From the IMG/VR virus record IMGVR_UViG_3300045988_092936: a DNA stretch of 44,848 bases. One strand, 5' to 3'. The number at the start of each line of letters is the position of its first letter. Position 1 is the stretch's first letter. This stretch comes from a virus. This document shows positions 17,066 through 25,092 of this stretch, piece by piece. The notes under the pieces are model-generated. The model was not told the origin of the DNA. It ran no database searches and saw only the letters and a program-made list of their open reading frames with translations. The translations under genes were made by a program, and so were the position numbers.

Positions 17066-17879
17066 TCAAAATTCGGTTTTATCCAACATCTGTTTTACTT
17101 TACTTTTCATCTCCGCATCAACGACCGGGGATAAAACCGGGTTTAGGTCGTGAAACTCAATAACACGTTTTACCATCTTTGTTTTTGCGAGCTTCGGCTC
17201 CAACTTTAATTGCTCTGCCGGATATTCCTTTTGTTTTAGTTCAATAATACCTTTTTCAACCAAAACCGGAATACATCTTTTGCACGCCCTTACGTCCTCT
17301 AACGCATCATGTGCCGGGAATGTTTCGCCGGGGAAACACTTGTTGTAAAGTTCCTCCAATTTCGGATATTTGCCCGGACGGCCGTTTGCATACAATGCGC
17401 CAACAAATTTAATTGTTTTCGTCATCGTATCAATTCGTTTGCCCTTAAACAATGCGTCCTCCGCTTTTGCGTCGTAATATTCACGCCCCATAATGCGCAA
17501 TATCATTGCTTTTACAATCGACGTATCAAAGTAAATATTATGTCCGACCAACAAACGGGCTTTTTTGCAATCCTCCAAAAATTCGTCTATAATATCAGCG
17601 AATGGGACGCCCTCGGCGTTTGCTCTCTCTGCTGTAATTCCGTGTACCTCAATTGAGGCTTCCGGAATTTCCCACCCCTCCGGCTTTATGATGTATGAAC
17701 GTTCCTTTTCGTTTACCGACCATGCCAATTGCACAATATTTGGAAACTCTGCAAAATCAACGTCCCATTTTGCCCCCCTTTGCGGGTAATCCGGTTGTTT
17801 CACAATCAAACGTCAAAACATCTTTCAAAATGTCGTTTATCTCATTTCCTTTGCTGTCTTTCAATGTTACTTTTTTCAT
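17066..17879 (-). CDS. DnaQ-like DEDDh 3'-5' exonuclease, interrupted by a 1-nt frameshift in a C6/G6 run
   Basis: Frame A (17879..17757) reads MKKVTLKDSKGNEINDILKDVLTFDCETTGLPAKGGKMGR*, which carries ExoI DxETTG. Frame B (17066..17809) carries ExoII VGHNIYFDTSIV and ExoIII HDALEDV. The frames meet at cccccc 17773-17778. Confidence 0.75.
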
Positions 17880-17881
17880 AA

Positions 17882-18778
17882 TCAAATGCTTTTCAAATTT
17901 ATATATTTCAGAATATGCGCTATAACATCAACCGTCCATCCTTCCGCTAACATAGTACGTCTTGCACTATCAGAAGCCCCAATAGTATAATCTATTGGAA
18001 CCGTTTGCAATTTCTCATACTCATTTGGCGTTAAATATCTATATTCTATATCAGATATTTTTGTAAATCGTTGTTTTGTTCGTATTGCAACGTTATCTTT
18101 TGTTACCGTTGTCAAACAATTTGTTTTATTGTCTTTCCTACACTCAATGTACTGTTGTAATGGAACATCTTTATTGTAATCACAACGCTTGTTATTTAAT
18201 ACGCGCCTACCACGCATACAACCGCAAAACCAACCCGGCGTAATGTCTTGAAATGATACATTTTTATCATTTGGTTGTTGAACATTTTTTATATTAGTCC
18301 AATAAAGCCTTTTTCTATCTTGTGCCGAAACTAAACGTGAATTTATTAATATAGGTTTAACGCCCAAATCTCTCGTTATTATATCCGAATAATCAGACTT
18401 CATTTTTACATTTTCTAATAAGAAATATTTTGGTCTTGTTTCTTTCAGAATACGCAAAAATTCAAAATATAATTTACTGCGTTCATCTTTGAAATTCAAT
18501 TCTTTCCCAGCTTTGCTAAATCCTTGGCATGGGGAACCGGCAATTAATAAATCAATTTTTCCTACATGAAATTTCCCTTTTTCTGTTATCAATATACCGT
18601 CTTTGTAACTTACTTTTTGAACGTCGCCAATTTGTATAGTTTCCGGATAATTACGTTGTGTAACTTTTATTGATTGCTTATTTATTTCAGAAGCAAAATA
18701 TCTATCGTAAGCAATATTAGCGCGTTGTAATGCAATTTGCCCGCAACTAATGCCGTCAAATAAACTTAAAACTATCAT
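17882..18778 (-). CDS. DNA (cytosine-5) methyltransferase (298 aa), orphan
   Basis: Motif I LSLFDGISCG, motif IV GSPCQGFS, motif VI LLENV and a QTVP-like LQTVP. ATG at 18778, 1 nt after the upstream stop. Confidence 0.85.
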   Translation of the reverse strand: MIVLSLFDGISCGQIALQRANIAYDRYFASEINKQSIKVTQRNYPETIQIGDVQKVSYKDGILITEKGKFHVGKIDLLIAGSPCQGFSKAGKELNFKDERSKLYFEFLRILKETRPKYFLLENVKMKSDYSDIITRDLGVKPILINSRLVSAQDRKRLYWTNIKNVQQPNDKNVSFQDITPGWFCGCMRGRRVLNNKRCDYNKDVPLQQYIECRKDNKTNCLTTVTKDNVAIRTKQRFTKISDIEYRYLTPNEYEKLQTVPIDYTIGASDSARRTMLAEGWTVDVIAHILKYINLKSI

Positions 18779-18779
18779 A

Positions 18780-19211
18780 TTATAATATTTTAGGGTCGTC
18801 AATAAATATGCTGTATTCCTCGGCTGCAATCTGCTTTAAATGCTCAATATGTTCTATCAATTCCGCATTGCTCAACTCTTGTATTTTACGCAACCGTGTT
18901 TCATATTCCCCGGTTTCAATATTCGGTATTTGCTCATACATTACCGGGGACAACTCACGCAATCGGCGTTCTGTTTGTTCCTCTGTCAGACGCTCGCCCG
19001 CCTCCCAAATTCCGGTTCTGAATGTTGGTACAACGTAATTGAAATAATAGCCTTTCAAAGCCTCGGACGAACCGGGCGACGCAACAATAAACCGGGCAAT
19101 TATTCGGGAACCTTTCCAACCCTTGAAAAATTCGTTTAATTCGCCCATATACATTTGCAAACCGCCGTTGTTATTAATCATCCCCGTTGCTGTTATCTCT
19201 CTTTTTTTCAT
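18780..19211 (-). CDS. Hypothetical protein (143 aa)
   Basis: ATG start with an ATGA overlap onto the upstream small ORF. Confidence 0.5.
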   Translation of the reverse strand: MKKREITATGMINNNGGLQMYMGELNEFFKGWKGSRIIARFIVASPGSSEALKGYYFNYVVPTFRTGIWEAGERLTEEQTERRLRELSPVMYEQIPNIETGEYETRLRKIQELSNAELIEHIEHLKQIAAEEYSIFIDDPKIL

Positions 19212-19306
19212 AACTCTTCAGGATTCTCAATCCATGTTTCATAACCTTTAAATGGTTTATGTCTGTATATACATAGTAAATCATCTTCGTCTCTTGCAAT
19301 CCACAT
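19208..19306 (-). CDS. Very small ORF (32 aa), below the track cutoff
   Basis: MWIARDEDDLLCIYRHKPFKGYETWIENPEEL. It fills the gap exactly, 3 nt after the upstream stop, and its own stop forms an ATGA with the next start. Confidence 0.4.
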   Translation of the reverse strand: MWIARDEDDLLCIYRHKPFKGYETWIENPEEL

Positions 19307-19309
19307 AGT

Positions 19310-20386
19310 TTATTCCTCCCAAGTTATTTTCTTAATTGTTATGGCTGTTCGAGAATTAATCAATGCTTTTCTAGCTAGTTCCTCAGTTTCGTAAATATTG
19401 CCTTTTCTAATAATTACCCATCCCTCTTTCTTTTCGGGAAACATCATAAGGTCTATTTCGCTCTTCTTGTATGCGTTTTTCCCATTTTTATCATAGTGAT
19501 AAGCTGATTCAATGCCATTCTTTTCCACAAGTGCTATTATAGGACACACGTCTCCTTTTGTGTCAAAGCAAATAATCCTTGCCTTTCTTCCGTCCCTTGT
19601 GCAGACGGGTTTGCCTTGCTTAGCCAAGTTAATGTCGAATGGAGCTAATGTAGGCTTATCATCACAACCTTTAAAGTGGGAAGCAAACTTGTCATCGCAC
19701 CAATGTTTAATATTCTCGATAATTTGATTTACATCTTTCATCATTGTTATTTCACTGTCATATTTTGTTTCAGAATGAATGAAATAATCGTAATCACCAC
19801 TATCTTTTGTTTGCAATTCAATATACCACGGCTGTGAAGTACTAATATAACGCCTATCAAAAACTCGTGCAATAATTGCAAGTGAATGAGGGTTATCACA
19901 GGTGAAGAAAACCATAAACCTATCCCTGCAATGTCCACAGCAGCTTTCTGTTGTCTGCACATTGGGAATTGAATTTAGCGCATCACAAATATGAATGCAC
20001 TCTTTATCCATATAGCCGTCATAATTGTCTTTCTTCTCTTCCATATTTTCTTTGTTTTGTTTGATTTCTATTCCTACACAATTTGTACCTCCTATCTCTA
20101 TCCGCATATCTTTTGTTATAGGCAAACAGAAAAATCTGTATAATTGGTATCGTTTCTTATTACGACTACTTATATAAGGTTCTCCGACCTTTTCAAGTTT
20201 CTTAAAGATAACAGATTTATGGTCTGTTCTTAAAGAACAATGGCAATTTCCAAAATTGGTACTTCCAATAGTGGTAATGTTCTTGCAAACAGTATCATAG
20301 TAAAAGATACAATTTCTGCAAGTACCTCCTACGCACTGATACCAATCGCCGTTGTGCTCAAATATTTCTCCTATCTTGCGTTCCAT
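19310..20386 (-). CDS. Cys-rich multi-domain protein (358 aa), unknown function
   Basis: AT-rich gene. It has an N-terminal Cys cluster (CVGGTCRNCIFYYDTVC...CHC) and a central cluster (CIHICD...CCGHC). Confidence 0.55.
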   Translation of the reverse strand: MERKIGEIFEHNGDWYQCVGGTCRNCIFYYDTVCKNITTIGSTNFGNCHCSLRTDHKSVIFKKLEKVGEPYISSRNKKRYQLYRFFCLPITKDMRIEIGGTNCVGIEIKQNKENMEEKKDNYDGYMDKECIHICDALNSIPNVQTTESCCGHCRDRFMVFFTCDNPHSLAIIARVFDRRYISTSQPWYIELQTKDSGDYDYFIHSETKYDSEITMMKDVNQIIENIKHWCDDKFASHFKGCDDKPTLAPFDINLAKQGKPVCTRDGRKARIICFDTKGDVCPIIALVEKNGIESAYHYDKNGKNAYKKSEIDLMMFPEKKEGWVIIRKGNIYETEELARKALINSRTAITIKKITWEE

Positions 20387-20388
20387 AA

Positions 20389-20601
20389 TTATCTAAACTT
20401 TAACTTATCAATTATGCTATTCCATTTATCTTTTATTTTCCTATTGGTTAACATATCAAATTCTTTCTTTATTTCATCTACAGCAATAGCGTTTACTTGG
20501 TCATTACAAAGAGGGTCAACAACATACCAATCTTTACCTAATATATAGTTAATTAACTCTTGTAATGCTTCTCTATCAGATAATGGTTTAAGTGGTTCCA
20601 T
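20389..20601 (-). CDS. Hypothetical protein (70 aa)
   Basis: ATG at 20601, 2 nt after the upstream stop. The tracked 20607 start is a TTG. Confidence 0.45.
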   Translation of the reverse strand: MEPLKPLSDREALQELINYILGKDWYVVDPLCNDQVNAIAVDEIKKEFDMLTNRKIKDKWNSIIDKLKFR

Positions 20602-20603
20602 AG

Positions 20604-20747
20604 TCAATATTCATTCGTTGTTAGCCAAACATCTATGTCCTCACGAACTTTCTTGACAATAGACTCGTCATTTTCAGTTAAGACAATCACTTCTTTCGAC
20701 TTATCTTCCACTTTCAGAAGTTCGTCAATCAATTCTTGTACTGTCAT
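20604..20747 (-). CDS. Hypothetical protein (47 aa)
   Basis: ATG at 20747 in an ATGA overlap (MTVQELIDELLKVEDKSKEVIVL...). Confidence 0.45.
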   Translation of the reverse strand: MTVQELIDELLKVEDKSKEVIVLTENDESIVKKVREDIDVWLTTNEY

Positions 20748-21040
20748 TCCGTTTCCTCCTTTCTTTCGGGAAGCAAATCTGACAAATATGCCCACCTCGT
20801 AACAAAACTATTTTCCCATCCCCGTGTCCAAAGAAAGTATCTTGGATTTTTCTTCCCCGGAAATCTTAATTCAACAAGGCACTTCTCATGACCATTCGGC
20901 ATCTCGCTCGCGTCGTGCCACACGGAGTTTATGCGCCGGCGTGCGCCGTCCGGCGCGTACTTCTTGGCGTAAAATTCGCTGGCAGGCAATTCCCTGCCGC
21001 ATTTGCTGCATTTCTTTGTTCTTACTTCGAGATTTTCCAT
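20744..21040 (-). CDS. Hypothetical Zn-ribbon protein (98 aa) in a GC-rich island
   Basis: ATG at 21040 (MENLEVRTKKCSKCGRELPASEFY...). The longer tracked form runs through the upstream hairpin. Confidence 0.45.
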   Translation of the reverse strand: MENLEVRTKKCSKCGRELPASEFYAKKYAPDGARRRINSVWHDASEMPNGHEKCLVELRFPGKKNPRYFLWTRGWENSFVTRWAYLSDLLPERKEETE

Positions 21041-21085
21041 ATCTTTGCATTGTGTTGTATTAAAAATCTTTTTTTCTTTGTATTT

Positions 21086-21110
21086 GCCGGGAGCTGCCCG
21101 GCTTTTTTTT
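21086..21110 (-). promoter_or_regulatory. GC-rich intercistronic stem-loop (family member)
   Basis: GCCGGG-agctg-CCCGGC. The minus strand continues CCCGGCAAATA as in the 21443 copy. A T8 run lies on the plus-strand side. Confidence 0.5.
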
Positions 21111-21113
21111 ATT

Positions 21114-21425
21114 TTACAGTTTCGCGTACTCGCGCAGTTTCTTGTCGAAGTCGTCAAGGTCGGCAAAGTAGGCCTCTTTCTGCTCTTTCCCGGTTATCAT
21201 GGACGAGACGCAGCGAAAGTACTTGTCGAACTCCCTTTGCAGGGCGTTGGCACGTTGTTTCACCTCGCCGTATACAAGCCCGTGCTTGCGCAGCAGGTCG
21301 TCCGCCTCGCCTTGAAGCAGCAACGCTTCGCTTATCAGCATGTAGGAAGCGGAAATGAGTTCGTTCACCCTTTGCGCCGCGCCGTCCTGGCGTGCGCGTT
21401 CCAACATTTCTTTCTTTGGTTTCAT
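21114..21425 (-). CDS. Hypothetical helical protein (103 aa) in a GC-rich island
   Basis: ATG start. The minus frame reads as a plausible helical protein. The plus-strand ORFs in this region are Arg/Cys/Ser-rich shadows. Confidence 0.5.
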   Translation of the reverse strand: MKPKKEMLERARQDGAAQRVNELISASYMLISEALLLQGEADDLLRKHGLVYGEVKQRANALQREFDKYFRCVSSMITGKEQKEAYFADLDDFDKKLREYAKL

Positions 21426-21442
21426 TGTTTTGTTCTTATTTG

Positions 21443-21460
21443 CCGGGTAAACCCGGTTAC
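21443..21460 (-). promoter_or_regulatory. GC-rich intercistronic stem-loop (family member)
   Basis: The minus strand reads GTAACCGGG-TTTA-CCCGGCAAATAAGAACAAAACA-ATG. Confidence 0.55.
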
Positions 21461-21503
21461 ATGGTAGTTACATGTTTATCTTATTGTCTCAAAGCCGTTT
21501 TAT

Positions 21504-22178
21504 TCAAAATAAAATGTTATTATTAATCAAATGATTTTCAACTCTCTGTTTACCGCTTTCAAAATATGTTTTGTCTTTCTCAATACAAATACACTTTCTT
21601 TTCAGATTGATTGCAGCAATTGCAGTTGTCATACTCCCCGCAAAACAATCTAATACTAAATCATTTTCATTGCTTGACACGGTCATTATATATTCTAACA
21701 ATTTTAAAGGTTTCATAGTCGGATGTGTTTTACCTTTTTGAGTTGGGAAACGTAAAACACAATTCTTACAATGTTCATTAAAAACCGCACCTTTGAATTT
21801 TCCAAAAACACAACATTCTATTCCGCTAAGCCATATACTTTGTCCGTTCATCGGGTTTGGATTTGTTTTTTCCCAAATAATTAGTCTTGTTGATAGCCCA
21901 TTATTTACCATAGCATGTCTTATTTCGGAAACTTGTTCTGTACCACAAAAAATATAAATACTACCTTTTGATTTTTTACAAAGTAAATTCACCAATTCTG
22001 TTATATTAAAATCCACAACATCAGCCTTTTGCTTGTCTAAATTCCGTAATCCATTACTTTGTCTATTAACCTTGCCATAAGGAATATCAGTTAATATTAA
22101 ATCAATGCTTTTATCATCAATATTATTCAGTACTTCAAAGCAATCTCCATGTATTAATTTTATATTTTCTTTTTCCAT
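21504..22178 (-). CDS. DNA N6-adenine / N4-cytosine methyltransferase, beta class (224 aa), orphan
   Basis: Motif IV LILTDIPYG comes before motif I LVLDCFAGSMTTAIAA. The gene is AT-rich. Confidence 0.8.
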   Translation of the reverse strand: MEKENIKLIHGDCFEVLNNIDDKSIDLILTDIPYGKVNRQSNGLRNLDKQKADVVDFNITELVNLLCKKSKGSIYIFCGTEQVSEIRHAMVNNGLSTRLIIWEKTNPNPMNGQSIWLSGIECCVFGKFKGAVFNEHCKNCVLRFPTQKGKTHPTMKPLKLLEYIMTVSSNENDLVLDCFAGSMTTAIAAINLKRKCICIEKDKTYFESGKQRVENHLINNNILF

Positions 22179-22193
22179 GTCAAATTATATTAT

Positions 22194-22228
22194 GGGGGGG
22201 GGCTTTGATTTAACTCCCCCCCGGTTAA
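22194..22228 (-). promoter_or_regulatory. GC-rich intercistronic stem-loop (family member), G9/C7 homopolymer arms
   Basis: The minus strand reads TAATTAACC-GGGGGGG-AGTTAAATCAAAG-CCCCCCCCC-ATAATATAATTTGAC-ATG. Confidence 0.5.
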
Positions 22229-23587
22229 TTACTCGCTTTCTGTGTATTCCTCAATAATCAAATCGTCCTGCCCTCTCTTAACTTCTTCAATGAATCCTTG
22301 AAAACCGTTTTTCTTAGCAATCTCAATAATTGCTTGCAATCTCTTTTCGCCCAAACTTTCGCCCCTCGCTATGCGGAACACTTTAACGGTTGGATTGCTG
22401 GCAATAATAAGTTTTGCGGCAACTTCCATAATCTGCGAATCTGAAACTTTTCCGGCAATAAATGGTACATCATTTAATACCAACCCGTCGTCAGTGAATG
22501 AAAGTCCGGATATTGGCAATTTTGCCGACGAAATAAGTTTTTCACGCTCTGCGGATAATTTGGCAATATCTGAATCCATCTTTTCGGCTTCTGCTCTTTT
22601 GTCGTCTGCCTGCTTTTTCTTTGTCAGATAATCGGCAACTTTTGCAGCCTTTTTGTTATGTTCCTCGGCCTTTCTCAATTGCTCGGCTGTATCTAACTTT
22701 TCCGGGTTGTTTTCCTCATACTTCGCCAACCAATTTTCCGCATTTGCTTTGCGTTTCTCAAAATCGGCTTTTTCTGCCTCAATTTGTGCAACGGTTTCTT
22801 TGTAGGTTTGTTCTGCCATCGCCATTGCCTTTTTTGCCGCCTCAATCGCTTTTTCGTATGAATCTTTAGCGGCTTCCATACGTGCCGGAATTTCCTCCAA
22901 CAGCTGCGTTCTCTGCGCTAACGCCGAACGTACGGTTTTTGCCTTTTCTATCAATTGGGCGTTTTCCTGCTGTTCTCGCATCAGTTCGGTAATGTCCTTT
23001 GATTTGGCATACGTTTTCAAATCCTCTGTTGTCAATCCCTGCCCGGCTGCGTCTGATATGGATTTGTACGTTTTCAAATCCCGGTTCACTCCGGTACGCT
23101 CTGTTTTCAACCCGGCAACCTCTGTATCAATTTCGGCAATTCTTTTGCGTACATTTTCCGGCAACAACGCCTTGACAACTTCAATTTGTTTGCGGCGTCC
23201 CTCTGCTGTTTCCGACCAACGGGAAAATTCCACGGCGTCAAAATCAGTATATCCGAAAATCTTTTGCAACATTGAAACATTATCGGAACGCATTCCGGTT
23301 GTCTTTGATTTTATTGATAACGTGCCACGTGGGTTTGCCTTTGTAAACTTCAATTCAACCTCGTATTCCTCGCCATCGTCGCCGACAATCATTTTTGCGA
23401 AGCCTTTGCTTTCGCCGTTTCTTAATACCGCATCACGGTTCCCGGTCAATAAAGCCCCAATCGCTTTTAACACGGTTGATTTTCCCAACTCATTTTCCCC
23501 GGTAATGAAATAAACGTTACCGTCAAAATCTGCGTTAAACTCCCTTATTGCTTGAAAGTTTACCAATTCTAATTTCTTAACTATCAT
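22229..23587 (-). CDS. Rad50/SbcC/SMC-like AAA ATPase with a central coiled coil (452 aa)
   Basis: N-terminal Walker A in FITGENELGKSTVLKAI and a long Glu/Lys/Ala coiled coil. The C-terminus has a signature-like ESLGEKR and a Walker B-like GFIEEV. Confidence 0.65.
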   Translation of the reverse strand: MIVKKLELVNFQAIREFNADFDGNVYFITGENELGKSTVLKAIGALLTGNRDAVLRNGESKGFAKMIVGDDGEEYEVELKFTKANPRGTLSIKSKTTGMRSDNVSMLQKIFGYTDFDAVEFSRWSETAEGRRKQIEVVKALLPENVRKRIAEIDTEVAGLKTERTGVNRDLKTYKSISDAAGQGLTTEDLKTYAKSKDITELMREQQENAQLIEKAKTVRSALAQRTQLLEEIPARMEAAKDSYEKAIEAAKKAMAMAEQTYKETVAQIEAEKADFEKRKANAENWLAKYEENNPEKLDTAEQLRKAEEHNKKAAKVADYLTKKKQADDKRAEAEKMDSDIAKLSAEREKLISSAKLPISGLSFTDDGLVLNDVPFIAGKVSDSQIMEVAAKLIIASNPTVKVFRIARGESLGEKRLQAIIEIAKKNGFQGFIEEVKRGQDDLIIEEYTESE

Positions 23588-23603
23588 ATTGCTCTCAGTT
23601 TGT

Positions 23604-23628
23604 GCCGGGGTTTCCCCCGGCGGTTAAT
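23604..23628 (-). promoter_or_regulatory. GC-rich stem-loop in a 5' leader (family member, GAAA loop)
   Basis: The minus strand reads TTAACC-GCCGGGG-GAAA-CCCCGGC-ACAAACTGAGAGCAAT-ATG. Confidence 0.6.
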
Positions 23629-23684
23629 ATTATTTTTTTGTTTCTCTCATTCTTTGGTGTATCATTTGTTGTATCTCAACGGCA

Positions 23685-23715
23685 CAAAGGTACGTATTTT
23701 TTTTAAACTACCAAA
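23685..23715 (-). promoter_or_regulatory. Canonical Bacteroidota promoter
   Basis: On the minus strand, TTTG (23715-23712), 19 nt, then TACCTTTG (23692-23685), followed by TGCCGT. Confidence 0.7.
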
Positions 23716-23749
23716 TTTTTCTTTTTATTTTGTCAAAAAAATCCATGAA

Positions 23750-24499
23750 TCATATCCGGGATAAATCAAACAAATACATCTGTTTGTCTGTCAGTTTAGC
23801 AACAATTGCGTCAACTTCATGTTCTAACTGCTTGCACGTTTCCAAAATTTCCGGTCTGCGCTGTGCAAAATATCTGCGTTGATTATGACGCATCTGTTTT
23901 GTTAATTCAATAAAATAATCAAAGGCGTATTCCCATTCATAACCGTATGCAATTGAAACTTTATGTTGGCAACATCTTGTTATTAAAGAATGGTTATAAC
24001 CATATTTTTTACATGCTTCATCAATACTTTCAAAATACCCTATCAATTCACCGTTCTTAAACTGAAACAAAGGTTTTGAATGCAAACAACATTTGCCACG
24101 TTTCCCATAAAAAGGACAATTTTCTCCACTTTTAGATAATCCAATACGTTCTTTTGTTATTGGGTTATTATTATTTTCTTTTATAGTAACCCATCTTAAA
24201 TTATCAACAGAATTATTTGTTCTATTTCCGTCTATATGGTCAACGCATGGTTTACCGTCCGGGTTTGGAATAAATGCCATTGCAACAAGTCTATGAACTA
24301 AACATGTGGTTACTTTCCCTCCAATACTTAAATGAATGTGTTTATAACCGTATGTGTTTGTTTGCTGTTTCATCAACTTTCCATTTCTAAACACATTTCC
24401 GTTTCTATCAATTTCATATTCTTTAAAATCCGGAATACTTATTTTTCCCGGATTTTCGATTTGCGGGGCTTTTTCTTCTTCCATGTACATTTTATCCAT
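23750..24499 (-). CDS. HNH homing endonuclease (249 aa)
   Basis: NUMOD4-like ISIPDFKEYEIDRNGNVFR and HNH_3-like HRLVAMAFIPNPDGKPCVDHIDGNRTNNSVDNLRWV. The gene is AT-rich. Confidence 0.8.
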   Translation of the reverse strand: MDKMYMEEEKAPQIENPGKISIPDFKEYEIDRNGNVFRNGKLMKQQTNTYGYKHIHLSIGGKVTTCLVHRLVAMAFIPNPDGKPCVDHIDGNRTNNSVDNLRWVTIKENNNNPITKERIGLSKSGENCPFYGKRGKCCLHSKPLFQFKNGELIGYFESIDEACKKYGYNHSLITRCCQHKVSIAYGYEWEYAFDYFIELTKQMRHNQRRYFAQRRPEILETCKQLEHEVDAIVAKLTDKQMYLFDLSRI

Positions 24500-24525
24500 T
24501 TTGAAATTAAAATCGCTATACGGGG

Positions 24526-25092
24526 CTAAAAAAGGCGTTCATACATCTTGGCGGGCAAATTTTCCCGCACCCAATTCGGATTGTTTCGCAAAATGTATCG
24601 TCCAAAGTGCATTATCAACGTTGCGTCGGCGTTCCATAATGTCGGTTTCAACTCCGGGTATAAATTCCCGGCAATTTCCTTGTATCTGCGCTTTCGCTCG
24701 TTCTTTTCCTCTTTTTTCCGGGTAGTCTTAGTTCGCAATTTCAATTCGTTTTGCCACTTCATAGGGTGTACCATGACAAACGGAACATCGCAAACCGCAA
24801 TGGTTGCTTTTAGCTGTTCATAATTTGCAAGCATTTTTTGTATGCGATACAATTTACCCATATTGACGCCATCGGCACCCGGAGTTATATCATCCGGGCG
24901 CACGCTCAATTTTTCCAAAAAAACAATCGGCGAACAAATGGTTTTCAGATATTCCAAATAATTACGCAATTCCGTTAAATCATCGGGCATTCGTATTGCC
25001 TTGATATTTTGATTTGGTCGCCATGTAACAATACCGCCATTGCTTCCCGGGTCAATTCCCACTACTGCCGAAATTCTTATATTTTTTTCCAT
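24526..25092 (-). CDS. RuvC-like Holliday junction resolvase (188 aa)
   Basis: N-terminal VVGIDPGSNGG catalytic motif, with size and basic C-terminal region typical of phage RuvC-family resolvases. Confidence 0.7.
   Translation of the reverse strand: MEKNIRISAVVGIDPGSNGGIVTWRPNQNIKAIRMPDDLTELRNYLEYLKTICSPIVFLEKLSVRPDDITPGADGVNMGKLYRIQKMLANYEQLKATIAVCDVPFVMVHPMKWQNELKLRTKTTRKKEEKNERKRRYKEIAGNLYPELKPTLWNADATLIMHFGRYILRNNPNWVRENLPAKMYERLF

Noticed and set aside
21015-21110. Plus-strand small RNA: TTTG (21015-21018), 21 nt, TATCTTTG (21040-21047), followed by hairpin GCCGGG/CCCGGC plus T8
   Set aside because: The spacing is attractive. However, the hairpin is clearly a member of the minus-strand stem-loop family (it shares CCCGGCAAATA with the 21443 copy). 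TTTG strings are very common on this T-rich strand, and nothing else in the genome is plus-oriented. It would only be worth revisiting if strand-specific RNA-seq shows a transcript of about 55 nt.
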